Of a stretch of 64,000 nt of DNA, positions 1 through 10,569 are shown piece by piece; position 1 is the stretch's first letter; each line of letters opens with the position of its first letter. The translations under genes and the position numbers were made by a program. The DNA lies in IMG/VR virus record IMGVR_UViG_3300030098_001779, positions 18,412 through 82,411 of that record, one strand, 5' to 3'. Source of the DNA: a virus. The notes below the pieces were generated by a model that ran no database searches, was not told where the DNA came from, and worked only from the letters and a program-made list of their open reading frames with translations.

Positions 1-1
1 A

Positions 2-934
2 ATGAGTTCAGCTCAAAGAGCTCACATTAAAGAACAAATAGATGAAGCTAAAGCTAGACTATCTCCAGATGATACAGAAAAATTAGCTAGAGAGATTCAA
101 GATCATAATGATGAAAAAAAGAAACCTAAGAGTGAACAAGACACATCAAAAACTTTCGGTAGTTCAGATTATGAACAAAATGTTTTAGGTCAGACTCCTA
201 AAAAAGAAGATGAGCCTGAAGAAGATAAAGACTACGAAGGTAAAGATATACCACCAGAAAGAAGAGTATATGGTGATCCTCCTGAAGACACTAATGTAAA
301 AACTTATCAAGGACCAGAAGGTGGCTCTTTTTACGATAGAGATGAAGCTGAATCTAAAGAAACAGGTGATGATAGTGCCACAGGTGCAAAAGGTGAAGAT
401 GGAAAAGCAGTTCCACCACCAGTAAGAGAAGGTGATAAAGTTTCTCAAGATGCTCCAGTAGGTCAAAAAGCTGAACAATGGGGTAAATCTAAAAAAGGAT
501 TTATAGCAAGATTTCTAGAAGCTGAAAAAGCAGGATATGAAGCAGCAAAGAAAGAAGATAAAAAAGGTGACTTAAAAGATATATTTAGGCGTGATATTAA
601 AGATGCAGTTACAGGAAAAAGTTTAGTAGACCAACTAACTTACTCTATAGCTAGATCAAGAGGATATGATAAAAAATCTGCAGAAACTGCAAAACTGTCA
701 AATCAGGTCAGAGCATTAGTGAGAGCTACACAAATAGGTAAAGTAATTGCTAGAAAGACTCCGGGTTTTGAAGCCGAAGCAAGAGTCGCTGCTGGAGCAG
801 AGGCTAGGCAGAATAAAGAAGCCTTAAATAGAGAGATGAAAATAGCTAGACAACGAAGAGATGGACAGCTAGATACTAAACTAGATAAGGGTGAAATAAA
901 AAAACTACAGGATTTTCTAAGAAAGCGAGTATAA
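2..934 (+). CDS. Charged hypothetical protein, probably 5'-truncated; putative internal head protein
   Basis: ORF at window edge; K/E/D-rich low complexity; YQGPEGGSFYD motif; C-terminal IKKLQDFLRK helix. Confidence 0.5.
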   Translation: MSSAQRAHIKEQIDEAKARLSPDDTEKLAREIQDHNDEKKKPKSEQDTSKTFGSSDYEQNVLGQTPKKEDEPEEDKDYEGKDIPPERRVYGDPPEDTNVKTYQGPEGGSFYDRDEAESKETGDDSATGAKGEDGKAVPPPVREGDKVSQDAPVGQKAEQWGKSKKGFIARFLEAEKAGYEAAKKEDKKGDLKDIFRRDIKDAVTGKSLVDQLTYSIARSRGYDKKSAETAKLSNQVRALVRATQIGKVIARKTPGFEAEARVAAGAEARQNKEALNREMKIARQRRDGQLDTKLDKGEIKKLQDFLRKRV

Positions 935-935
935 T
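909..935 (+). promoter_or_regulatory. Putative late-class promoter (AGGAT-N14-AGTATAAT)
   Basis: Weak match to the YGKAA-N14-AGTATAAT motif, just before the 941 start. Confidence 0.35.
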
Positions 936-940
936 AGATT

Positions 941-2443
941 ATGGACATATTAAAACGATGGTTAAAATTAAAAAAAGCACAGAGGGTGAGGAATCCTTGG
1001 GCTGTGGCTACGGCTTTAAATCAAGGTAAACACACAGGTAACTCTGGTACATCTAAAGGTGCTTATGTTGCTGGTATTAATAGAAATGAATGGAACTCAC
1101 CAGAAGGTATGGAATCAGCTGCAGAGAGATCTGCTGAATATCATGGCATGAGTCCTAAAAGAAAAAAAGGTCACAAATACTCTGCAGCTAAAAAACAAAA
1201 TGAAAACAAACCTCTAACAGCAAAACAAAGAGCAGCAACACCTAAAACGACTGCAAAAAAGACTACAGCTAAGAAAACTACTACAGCAAAAACTGAACCT
1301 AAAAAATCTAAATCTAAAAAAACTACTACTCCAAAACCTAAAACTAAAGGAGTATTTTCAGATATTAAAATCGCAGATACAAATAGAGATACTATAGACA
1401 AAGTATATAAAGATATAAAAGATAAAATTAAAGAGTTCGGTTCAGCTTCAAGAGGTACTCCTAATACAGCCGCAAAAAGAAAACAAAAAGCAGATGGTCT
1501 TAAAAAGATAACAGATCAAACAAATCAAGATTTAGCGGACTTAGAAGGAGAAATAAAATTTGATCCTAGTGAGAAAAATATTAAAGCCTTTAAAGATTTA
1601 GCTGGTAAAATAGAAACAGCTGCTGATAAATTTAATTCAGATTTCCCTATACAAAAATCATCTACATCTAGAAAACTACTTAATATACTAAAAGAAAGTG
1701 TAACAGTAGACAATGATCAACTAGAAAAAGACTTTACCAGTGCTTTATATCAAGCTATGAAGAAACATAAAAAAGACTTCGGTGTTCCTACTGGTAATAA
1801 TGAAATATTAAAAGGCGTAAAAAATAAACAAAAACCTGAAGAGGTTAAAAAGATTATGGACTTACCTAATTTTACAAAAGTTAAAAATGCACCTCAAGTA
1901 AAAAAAGGTATTACAGATTCATTACTTGCAATGTTAGCTGGATATAAATTAACACCAAAAGTAAATCCGGGTGAAATGACTCCTGCACAACAAAGACAGT
2001 GGGAGAGAACATTACAAAATCAAATGAGAAGAAAGAATATCGATATAGATAAAGATATTTTCAAACAATTACAAAACTTTTATAAAGACAAATCAGATAC
2101 TTATACAAGAAAGAAACCTGCAAAGAACGGAGTCAAGGTAGAAAAAATTCTTACATCACCTCCGTTTCAAGGAGCAGAGTTTGACCCAGTTTCTCACAGA
2201 TGGAAGAAACCGGGAGAAGTTGCAGCTCAAACTGGAAATGTAAATGTAGGTACTGGTGGTAAAAGAAGGGTTAGAGGTGCTGGTACAGGGGCTGCTCAAC
2301 GATCAGTAGGTGGACATGCTAGAGGTATAAGAAGAGCAGAAAGACTAGGAGTAGCTGCAAGAGGTAAAGCTAAAGGAAAATCCGCTTCAGCTAAAAGATC
2401 AGCTAGAATTAAAGCATTTAAGAAATTAACAAGAAAGAGATAG
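941..2443 (+). CDS. Highly basic hypothetical protein; putative protease-processed internal head or DNA-binding protein
   Basis: Lys/Arg-rich, KKTTA repeats, many hydrophobic-x-K motifs (LKKA, IQKS, ILKE, LEKD, VKKG, IFKQ, VEKI). Confidence 0.5.
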   Translation: MDILKRWLKLKKAQRVRNPWAVATALNQGKHTGNSGTSKGAYVAGINRNEWNSPEGMESAAERSAEYHGMSPKRKKGHKYSAAKKQNENKPLTAKQRAATPKTTAKKTTAKKTTTAKTEPKKSKSKKTTTPKPKTKGVFSDIKIADTNRDTIDKVYKDIKDKIKEFGSASRGTPNTAAKRKQKADGLKKITDQTNQDLADLEGEIKFDPSEKNIKAFKDLAGKIETAADKFNSDFPIQKSSTSRKLLNILKESVTVDNDQLEKDFTSALYQAMKKHKKDFGVPTGNNEILKGVKNKQKPEEVKKIMDLPNFTKVKNAPQVKKGITDSLLAMLAGYKLTPKVNPGEMTPAQQRQWERTLQNQMRRKNIDIDKDIFKQLQNFYKDKSDTYTRKKPAKNGVKVEKILTSPPFQGAEFDPVSHRWKKPGEVAAQTGNVNVGTGGKRRVRGAGTGAAQRSVGGHARGIRRAERLGVAARGKAKGKSASAKRSARIKAFKKLTRKR

Positions 2444-2452
2444 GAGATTACT

Positions 2453-2914
2453 ATGGCTATTAAAAAGAATAAAAAGAAAACTACTGAAAAAGTGGTAGAA
2501 AAAAAGCCGAGATATGCAACTTTGGCTCCGCAAGAAGAGATAGAAGAATCTAGAGAAGCTACACTAAAAGCTAAAAAAGCAGAAGATGCAGCTAAAAAAG
2601 AAGAATCTAAAAGATATGAAACGCGAATATTTATAAAGAAAGAACCTATAGCTAAAAATATTCATGTAGCTACTTATGCTTATCATGAATCTAGCAACCA
2701 ATTGTCTATTACATATGGACAAGATGGAGTAGCTGGAGCAGATATAGAAAATTTATTTATAAGTGACGCTTTAATAATTGATCCTGAAACTAATGCTAAA
2801 TCAATGGTAAGTAGAACTGATAATCCAAAATTATGGATACAAAGTTTATACAAAGCTAACTTAGGTAGACCATACATAGCAGAGGAGGCAGTATCATATT
2901 ATGAAACTGAATAA
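2453..2914 (+). CDS. Hypothetical protein
   Basis: ORF with AGGAG RBS. Confidence 0.6.
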   Translation: MAIKKNKKKTTEKVVEKKPRYATLAPQEEIEESREATLKAKKAEDAAKKEESKRYETRIFIKKEPIAKNIHVATYAYHESSNQLSITYGQDGVAGADIENLFISDALIIDPETNAKSMVSRTDNPKLWIQSLYKANLGRPYIAEEAVSYYETE

Positions 2915-3836
2915 TTTTTTTGAGAAAAGTAAAGTACAAAAAAAGGTAAAACAAGTAATATCGTTCAACAATGAAGCTAAAGAAAACGAATTACAAAATA
3001 CTATCGATTTACTTCATACTGAATTAAAACATTATAAAGGTGTTGAGTCTGCGAATGATCATCTCAGACATACTAACAGCACTTATATGAGGGAAAAATC
3101 AAATTATATAGAAGAAATTGATAAGCAAAATACTGAAATACAAGAATTAAAACTTATTATTAGTGATCTAGAACCGAAAGCAACTGCTGCGGAAGACGCA
3201 ATGAAAAGTTCTAAAAGTCATCAAGATGCTTTAAATCAAGCAAAACATGATTTACAACAAGTAAAAAACAGTAGATTGCAGCAAGATAAAAATATTGATA
3301 TGCTTTCTAAAGAAAGATCTGAATATCAACTTGCATTAAAAAATGTAGAAAAGCAATACGAAATAGAAAAAAGGGCACATAAAGATGTAAATGATAAATA
3401 TCAACATTTACAAAAAGAATACAAAAAGGTGTTCGGTTTTTCAGAAGAAAATAGTAAAATAAATATAGAGGTACAGAAAAAGAATAGGGATTTAGAAAGA
3501 GAACGTAATTTTTTAAGAGATACTTTAGTTGGTATGAAAAAACAACTAGCTCAGAAAGATAAAAATACTATCGATTTAGAAAATTGGGTGACCTCTCTAA
3601 GAGAAACAATCCTAGAAAATGGAGACAAAGATCAAGAATTTACTTATAAAAAGATAAGTGAATTAATTTTTGATCATTATACAAGATACAAGAAAGACTT
3701 AGAAAAGCCTAGATACATGTCGATGGAATCGATAGCTAGAAAGGAAGGGTTTAAAATACCCGGACCTACAGCAGCGAGTAATTATAACAAATTACATCTA
3801 GGTAATGCTAAACCAACATTATTAAAGTTTAAATAA
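2901..3836 (+). CDS. Coiled-coil hypothetical protein
   Basis: Heptad-like K/E/Q/L-rich sequence; GAGGAGG upstream. Confidence 0.6.
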   Translation: MKLNNFFEKSKVQKKVKQVISFNNEAKENELQNTIDLLHTELKHYKGVESANDHLRHTNSTYMREKSNYIEEIDKQNTEIQELKLIISDLEPKATAAEDAMKSSKSHQDALNQAKHDLQQVKNSRLQQDKNIDMLSKERSEYQLALKNVEKQYEIEKRAHKDVNDKYQHLQKEYKKVFGFSEENSKINIEVQKKNRDLERERNFLRDTLVGMKKQLAQKDKNTIDLENWVTSLRETILENGDKDQEFTYKKISELIFDHYTRYKKDLEKPRYMSMESIARKEGFKIPGPTAASNYNKLHLGNAKPTLLKFK

Positions 3837-3846
3837 GGAGAAAACG

Positions 3847-4167
3847 ATGCCAAAACCTTTTCGACAAGAAATCGAATTGCTTCAAAACTATGGTAGTCAC
3901 AAGACGTTTACTTTCACTACGTCTGGTTCCTCTGCTGAAACAGTGGTGGATATTGGATCTAATTTTGAGGAAGTAAATAAAATCTCATTTGTTGTAGAAC
4001 TCGCAGATGCATTTATAGCTTTTGATGAAGATGCGACTACTTCATCTATGCTTATTCCTCAAAACGAGGGATATTTTGATGAAGGAATTTGGATTCAAGA
4101 TAAAATCAGTATTATACGATCTGGTAGCACAAATGCGAGAATCAGAGGTATAGTCTGGGGTAGATAA
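3847..4167 (+). CDS. Small virion structural protein, paralogous to the C-terminal domain of 59411..60439
   Basis: Shared F[IV]AFD...IS[IV]I.SGS...GIV[WF]G pattern; beta-rich. Confidence 0.55.
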   Translation: MPKPFRQEIELLQNYGSHKTFTFTTSGSSAETVVDIGSNFEEVNKISFVVELADAFIAFDEDATTSSMLIPQNEGYFDEGIWIQDKISIIRSGSTNARIRGIVWGR

Positions 4168-4182
4168 ATAGGGAGCAACTAA

Positions 4183-7100
4183 ATGCCAAAAAGTAGAGGG
4201 ATACAAGGTGGACTAACCAGAGGTCGACTATTTGATACTAATATAAAAGCAACTCAGATAGATGAAGATATCTTTTCTGACCAAGAGCTATTGTCTTCTA
4301 TTGCAGGAGATGATTTAGTATTAGTTCTTGACGTATCTGAAACACCAGATAAAGTTAAATATATTACTAAAAGTAATTTCGTTACTGGTATTACTGGAGT
4401 AACAGTCACTGATAACGAATCTACTAATGAAGATAATTTACTTACCTTTGTTGCAGATGCAGCTACATCAACTGGATCTCATGAACTTGAAATGGATGGA
4501 GATCTTACTTATAATCCATCTACAGGTAACCTTTCCGCTACACAATTAACAGGTGCTTTACAAACTGCATCACATCCTAATGTGACTACTCTTGCTGGTG
4601 TAACAGCTATGGGTTCAGTATCAAATGCTCTAACTCTTACTTATAGTGATGCAACTTTATTTCACGATGCAAATAATGCAGACACCTCTTTTACAATGGG
4701 TACAAGTGCTACTGAAGCACTAAAAATAGAAGTATTAAATGGTGGATCTAATAAAACTGCAGAGTCTATTGCCTTTACTTCTACAACAGCATCAGGAACT
4801 GGAGATCACGGTAAGTTTACATTTAGTGTTGATGAAGCAACTGCAATGTTTACAATTGATGATGGTGGAGTAAGTATAGCTGAAAGTGGTGCTTATGAAA
4901 TAAATGGCACAGCAATATTATCAGACTCGTCAGGCACTTTAACATTACAAAATGTAGATGCCTTAGATGCTACAACAGAATCAACTATAGAAGCAGCTCT
5001 AGATACATTATCTAATCTAGCTTCTGCTACAGCCTTGACTACAATAGGTTCAGCAGGAGCTACAACAAATTTTGCAGCTGGTGATGTTACCTTCTTTAAT
5101 CCTGTTAACGATGGTAATCCTACACTTAGTTTAGGATCAGATAGTAATGAAAGATTAAAAATAACATCAACTTATGACTCTGGAGCTCAGACATTAGATA
5201 AAGTTACATTTGAGACTGCTGCCGCTTCAGGTAGTTCAGACAAAGGTAAATATGTATTTAACGTGGATGGTACAGATATATTCGATATTGATGATTCAGG
5301 TATAAATTTAACTTCTGGTAAATCAGTTAGAGTAGCTGGAGCAGCTGTTGTAGGTGGCGTTAATGAGTTTGCAGCTGGAGCGGTAGCAGACGGAGATTCA
5401 TTTATATTTTCAGATGCTAATGATAGCAACGCAACTAAAAAAGATGCTATAGCAGATCTTGCAACATTATTCGCAGGAACAGGATTAACAGCATCTAGCT
5501 CTGTCATATCAGTTGATGCAGCACAATCAGGTATTACATCATTAGGAACATTAACAGGTTTAACTTTAGATGGTGATAAAAACGTAACACCGGGTGATGG
5601 TGCTATGATACATCTTGATACATCTACAATTACAGATAATAATACGTCAGGTTCAGGAACTGCGGCATTATATACACATGTAAGATTTGAGGCACCTACT
5701 TTAGCTGCTTCTAATTCATCTGTAACAACAACTACAGCAAGCACTGTATACATTAGTGGTGCTCCATCAGCAGGAACAAATCAAACTGTATCAAATGGAT
5801 TAGCATTATTCGTGGATGCAGGAAATGTAAGATTTGATGGCGACATTATCATGGGGACTAATACTGCTGGTAATTTATTAATTGCTGATGGTAGTAACTT
5901 TAGTTCAACAGCAGTTGGTGATTTATCCGAAATATCTACAGTTGCATCTGACGATGTGTTACTTGCAGTAGATACATCAGGTGGTGGACTAAAGAGAATT
6001 ACAAGGTCAACACTTGTAGCTGGTCTTGCTACAGGTAGTGAAATATCAAATGTTGTTGAAGATACTTCACCACAACTTGGTGGCGACTTAGATGTAAATG
6101 GTAATGGTCTAGTATCTACTTCAAATGGTAATATAGCACTTACACCAAACGGTTCAGGTGTTGTTAGAATAGATGGCTCTAATGGTATTGACATGGAGTC
6201 AGGAGCTATATCAATTAAAAACTCTGGGGCACAGTCTTATGTAAGATTTTATTGTGAAGTAAGTAATGCACATTATGCCCAATTACAAGCACCAGCACAT
6301 GCAGATTTTGGTGGAAATATAACTTTAACTTTACCTGCAACTACAGATACTCTTGCAGGTTTAGCAGCTACACAAACATTTACAAATAAATCTTTTGGTA
6401 GTGATGTAGATATATTTGAAGATGCAAACAACGCTGATGTAACATTAAGAATGGGTACAAGTGCTACAGAATCTTTAGCTATTTCAGTATTGAATGGTGG
6501 TTCTAATAAGACAGCCGAGTCTGTTACATTTACAACTGCTACAGCATCGGGTACAAGTGATCATGGTAAATTTACATTTAATGTGGACGGCTCAGACATT
6601 TTTGATGTTGATGATTCGGGTATTAACTTAGCATCAGGTAAAACATTTAGAATAAATGGAACTGCTATTTCTTCAGCAGTTATCACTGCATTAAATAATG
6701 CAACTGAAAATGAATTAGTAACTATTGGTAGTACAACTACTGAACTAGATGCAGAAACAGCTTTAACATTTGACGGAACTGATTTAAAATTACTTAAAGA
6801 TGCAAATAATGCGGATGTATCATTCGTATTAGGTACAGCTGATGCAGAATCATTGACAATACAGGTATTAAATGGTGGTTCCAACAAGACTGCAGAAGAG
6901 ATACACTTTAGTACAGCGACTGCATCGGGTACAGCCAATCATGGAAAAATGGTGTTTGATATTGATGGAACTGATCAATTTGAAATTAATGATAGTGGTG
7001 TTACAGTTACAGGCGATTTAACAATTACTGGTGATGATTTATTTATGAACACAAACACAGCAGGACACATTCTTGTTGGTGATGATACAAATTACAATCC

Positions 7101-7917
7101 AGTAGCTGTAAGTGGTGATGTTAGTTTAGCATCAAATGGTGCAGTTACAATAGCAAATGATGCTGTTGAGTCAGGAATGTTAAATGACAATATTATATCT
7201 GGGCAAACTGAAATATCATCAGGTCTAGCAGATGCTGACGAGTTACTATATTCAGATGCTGGAACTCTTAAAAGAGTAGGACTAGACACACTTACAGCTC
7301 ACATACAATCAGGTATTGGTGGTGACATTACAGGCGTAACAGCAGGAGTAGGTTTATCGGGTGGTGGTAGCTCAGGTGCAGTAACACTTACATTAGACTT
7401 ATCTGAATTAAGTTCTGTGACACCAGCATCAGGAGATAGTTTGTCTACATTAGATAGTGATGGAGCAAACGAACAACTTACAACAGTTGACAACCTTGCT
7501 ACGTTATTTGCAGGTGATGGTCTAGCAGCATCTAGTGCTGTATTAGGCATAGACTTAGGCACTAACTCTGGACTTGAAATATCAAGTAATAAATTACAAA
7601 TAGCAAAAGGTATATCGCAACACGATGTACCACAGTTTACATCAGGTGTAGCAGATAATGATTTCTTACGAGTAGATGGCACAGTTATTGAAGGTAGAAG
7701 TGCATCAGAAGTCTTATCCGATATAGGTGGTCAAGCAACATTAACATTTGGTATTTCAAACACCAATGCAGTTAAAATTGATAGTGCCAGTGTAGCTGAT
7801 GATGAATACGCTAGATTTACGGCAAATGGTTTAGAAAGTAGAAGTACAACAGAAGTAGCTTCTGACATAGGAGCTTCTACTAAAGGATTTGCTGTGGCAA
7901 TGGCTATAGCATTATAA
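4183..7917 (+). CDS. Long tail fibre / virion fibre protein
   Basis: 1244 aa, G/S/T/A/D-rich, internal repeats, VVEDTSPQLGGDLDVNG motif, C-terminal KGFAVAMAIAL typical of marine phage fibres. Confidence 0.75.
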   Translation: MPKSRGIQGGLTRGRLFDTNIKATQIDEDIFSDQELLSSIAGDDLVLVLDVSETPDKVKYITKSNFVTGITGVTVTDNESTNEDNLLTFVADAATSTGSHELEMDGDLTYNPSTGNLSATQLTGALQTASHPNVTTLAGVTAMGSVSNALTLTYSDATLFHDANNADTSFTMGTSATEALKIEVLNGGSNKTAESIAFTSTTASGTGDHGKFTFSVDEATAMFTIDDGGVSIAESGAYEINGTAILSDSSGTLTLQNVDALDATTESTIEAALDTLSNLASATALTTIGSAGATTNFAAGDVTFFNPVNDGNPTLSLGSDSNERLKITSTYDSGAQTLDKVTFETAAASGSSDKGKYVFNVDGTDIFDIDDSGINLTSGKSVRVAGAAVVGGVNEFAAGAVADGDSFIFSDANDSNATKKDAIADLATLFAGTGLTASSSVISVDAAQSGITSLGTLTGLTLDGDKNVTPGDGAMIHLDTSTITDNNTSGSGTAALYTHVRFEAPTLAASNSSVTTTTASTVYISGAPSAGTNQTVSNGLALFVDAGNVRFDGDIIMGTNTAGNLLIADGSNFSSTAVGDLSEISTVASDDVLLAVDTSGGGLKRITRSTLVAGLATGSEISNVVEDTSPQLGGDLDVNGNGLVSTSNGNIALTPNGSGVVRIDGSNGIDMESGAISIKNSGAQSYVRFYCEVSNAHYAQLQAPAHADFGGNITLTLPATTDTLAGLAATQTFTNKSFGSDVDIFEDANNADVTLRMGTSATESLAISVLNGGSNKTAESVTFTTATASGTSDHGKFTFNVDGSDIFDVDDSGINLASGKTFRINGTAISSAVITALNNATENELVTIGSTTTELDAETALTFDGTDLKLLKDANNADVSFVLGTADAESLTIQVLNGGSNKTAEEIHFSTATASGTANHGKMVFDIDGTDQFEINDSGVTVTGDLTITGDDLFMNTNTAGHILVGDDTNYNPVAVSGDVSLASNGAVTIANDAVESGMLNDNIISGQTEISSGLADADELLYSDAGTLKRVGLDTLTAHIQSGIGGDITGVTAGVGLSGGGSSGAVTLTLDLSELSSVTPASGDSLSTLDSDGANEQLTTVDNLATLFAGDGLAASSAVLGIDLGTNSGLEISSNKLQIAKGISQHDVPQFTSGVADNDFLRVDGTVIEGRSASEVLSDIGGQATLTFGISNTNAVKIDSASVADDEYARFTANGLESRSTTEVASDIGASTKGFAVAMAIAL

Positions 7918-7923
7918 ATATGA

Positions 7924-7950
7924 CGGAAAAAAGACTAATAATAGTATAAT
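7924..7950 (+). promoter_or_regulatory. Putative late promoter CGGAA-N14-AGTATAAT
   Basis: Intergenic; same spacing at 11491, 16168 and 18406. Confidence 0.6.
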
Positions 7951-7970
7951 ATATATAGGAGACTAAATAA

Positions 7971-8297
7971 ATGGCACAAGATTTTGAAAATAGCATAGCC
8001 AGAGATACTGGCACTTCAGGGGCGACCATCAGAACTGCTAATAGTGATGACGCTATTGTAGGATTACGCCTTGCTAATATCCATACAGCAGCAATTACTG
8101 TAGATGTATTTATTGAACGAAGTAGTGCTAATTATTTTTTAGTTAAAGGTGCCACTATCCCTGCTGGCTCCTCTTTAGAACTTATCGATGGGGGAAGTAA
8201 AATAGTTTTAGTAAGTGGTGATGCATTAAAAGTAGACTGTAACACAGACAATGCGTTAGACGTATGGTGCAGTGTAGTAGACACAATTAGCGAATAG
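7971..8297 (+). CDS. Small virion structural / fibre-associated protein
   Basis: IVGLRLAN...IPAGSSLELIDGGSKIVL..GD pattern common next to marine phage fibre genes. Confidence 0.6.
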   Translation: MAQDFENSIARDTGTSGATIRTANSDDAIVGLRLANIHTAAITVDVFIERSSANYFLVKGATIPAGSSLELIDGGSKIVLVSGDALKVDCNTDNALDVWCSVVDTISE

Positions 8298-8308
8298 GAG
8301 ATTGACAT

Positions 8309-9553
8309 ATGGCATATATTGGAAATCAACCTGCTGAAACACCAGTAAAAGAAATTTTAGAAACCGATATAAAAATTGGTGAAGACGATCAAACTAAAAT
8401 TGACTTTGAAACTGCTAATACAATTAATTTTTATGCTAATAACGCTAAAGAAGTTGTCTTAACAGAGAATAGTCTTACGCCGGGCACAAGTGATGGAACA
8501 GCTCTAGGAACTACAAGTCTTATGTGGTCTGATTTGTTTCTTGCTAGTGGTTCAGTAATAAATTTAAATAATGGTGATGTGACATTAACACATTCTGCTA
8601 ATACATTAACAGTTGCTGGAGGCACATTAGCCACAGCAGCACTAACAGCTTCTACAGGTACTTTCTCAGGAATCTTAAAAACTGACGACACTACAGAAGC
8701 AACATCTACCACTGACGGTTCTTTACAAACAGATGGTGGTTTAAGTGTTGCTAAGGATGCAGTTATGGGAGATGATGTGCTATTATTATCAGACAGTGCC
8801 GTGCTTAAGTTCGGAGCTGACTCTGATACTACACTTACTCATACAGACGGAACTGGTTTGACTTTAAACAGCACCAACAAGTTAACTTTTGGGGATGCTG
8901 CTTCTTTTATTCAACAGTCAAGTGATGGGGTATTAAGAATAGATGGTGAGGCTACTGTAGATATTAATGCATCTACAGCAGTAACAATTAGTAATGATCT
9001 TAAACTAGATAGTGATTCAGCTGTGTTGGGGTTTGGAGCTGATAATGATGCTACAATAACTCACGCAGATGATGCAGGATTAACATTTAATTCTGCCACA
9101 ACATTTTCATCATCAATAAATTTAGCTTTAGATGCCCATCTTGATAGCACACCGGGTGATGAAAAAGTATCTGGTATAACTGCTACATTTCAAGCAGGTG
9201 AAGCATTAGAAAGAGGAGAGTGTGTATATTTTAAAGCATCAGATTCTAAGATGCATAAAGCTGTAGCAACAGCATCAGCAACTTCAAGATGTGTTGCATT
9301 AGCAGCAGAAGATCTTTCAGCAGATGCTAATGGTAAATTTTTACTCTATGGTTTTATAGAAGATAATGGTACTTTCCCAGCATATACAGTTGGAGGCACA
9401 ATATTTACACCAGAAGCAGAAACATCTTCTCAAAATGTACCTGAACAAACAGCTCCAGATAGTGATGGAGATTTTGTTCAAGTATTAGGTTTTGCAGTAA
9501 CAGCAAACAAATTATTTTTTAATCCAAGCAACGATGTAATAGAACACGCATAA
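8309..9553 (+). CDS. Tail fibre protein, cassette 1 gene A
   Basis: MAYIGN.P N-terminus; near-identical in stretches to 11537..12562. Confidence 0.7.
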   Translation: MAYIGNQPAETPVKEILETDIKIGEDDQTKIDFETANTINFYANNAKEVVLTENSLTPGTSDGTALGTTSLMWSDLFLASGSVINLNNGDVTLTHSANTLTVAGGTLATAALTASTGTFSGILKTDDTTEATSTTDGSLQTDGGLSVAKDAVMGDDVLLLSDSAVLKFGADSDTTLTHTDGTGLTLNSTNKLTFGDAASFIQQSSDGVLRIDGEATVDINASTAVTISNDLKLDSDSAVLGFGADNDATITHADDAGLTFNSATTFSSSINLALDAHLDSTPGDEKVSGITATFQAGEALERGECVYFKASDSKMHKAVATASATSRCVALAAEDLSADANGKFLLYGFIEDNGTFPAYTVGGTIFTPEAETSSQNVPEQTAPDSDGDFVQVLGFAVTANKLFFNPSNDVIEHA

Positions 9554-10569
9554 TGGCTAACGAAATAGAAAAAGTAAATGCAAAAGCAATAACCAGCATT
9601 GAAACATTAAACGGTAAAACAGACTCTAATATTGAAAAAATAAATGGTTTAGAGTTTACAGGTTTATCTGCTGGTACTTGGTCTAGTAGTAGTGCTGCAT
9701 TAGGTACTGCTAGAACTAGATTTTATTCTGCACAAGGTTCTACAAGAGCTGCTATGGCAGTAATTGGTGGGCTTAATACAAGTGGATTAACAGGTAGATT
9801 AGCTACTGAAGAAGAATATGATGGCTCTGGAGACTCTATAAGTAGTGGGCAATCTATTGGTATTTCAGGAATGATGGGGGGTGCTGGCTCTGCAACAAGT
9901 GCTGTAGTAGTAGGTGGAACTGATAATGGAAGCTATGTGGGTAAAAGAGACTCTTACGAATTTAGTGGTGGTAGTTGGTCCTCTATAACTAATTTAAGCA
10001 AAGTTGTAGGACAAGGACACTACTGTGGTGGTATTTCTGAAAATGATATTATGATGCTTGGTGGTACAGCTAGTGGTGGTTGTGATTTAGACAATACAAG
10101 GTCAGAATCATGGGATGGTAGTAGTTGGACAGTTGAAACTGCCTTTGCTGGAAGCACCTATGGTCCAGCTTATGGATATGGTGGTGGTGCTGGACATAAT
10201 GACTTTAGAATGGCTTGTGGTTATTATACACAAGGCACAGGTGGTTGTAGTAGAGCAAATGGACAACAAAACTATTCTTATGATGGTTCTTCATGGAGCG
10301 ATGATGGAAATGCAACTACAACTGGTAATAGTGGTTGGGGTGGTGGATCTACAAGCTCTTTTGCGTATTATCACTTTAATGGTAGTGGTGCTGCTACAAC
10401 ATATCTTTTTGATGGTTCTGCTTGGTCAGCAGGAGGTGCAAATAGTAATGATAGATATGCACCTGACCAAAATCACCAAACAACTAATGTAGATACAGCA
10501 TCTTTCGGTGGAGGAACAGGAAGTGGATATAGTGCTGCTTCAACAACAATAAGTTTATATGATAGATAA
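9553..10569 (+). CDS. Kelch-like beta-propeller putative receptor-binding protein, cassette 1 gene B
   Basis: Repeated GG...E.YDGSSW units; N-terminal IEKVN/IETLNG/IEKING repeats. Confidence 0.6.
   Translation: MANEIEKVNAKAITSIETLNGKTDSNIEKINGLEFTGLSAGTWSSSSAALGTARTRFYSAQGSTRAAMAVIGGLNTSGLTGRLATEEEYDGSGDSISSGQSIGISGMMGGAGSATSAVVVGGTDNGSYVGKRDSYEFSGGSWSSITNLSKVVGQGHYCGGISENDIMMLGGTASGGCDLDNTRSESWDGSSWTVETAFAGSTYGPAYGYGGGAGHNDFRMACGYYTQGTGGCSRANGQQNYSYDGSSWSDDGNATTTGNSGWGGGSTSSFAYYHFNGSGAATTYLFDGSAWSAGGANSNDRYAPDQNHQTTNVDTASFGGGTGSGYSAASTTISLYDR

Noticed and set aside
10115-10492. Alternative-frame + strand ORFs (also 26782-26991 and 32015-32215)
   Set aside because: Nested in real genes; composition is what a shifted frame of Gly/Ser-rich codons produces
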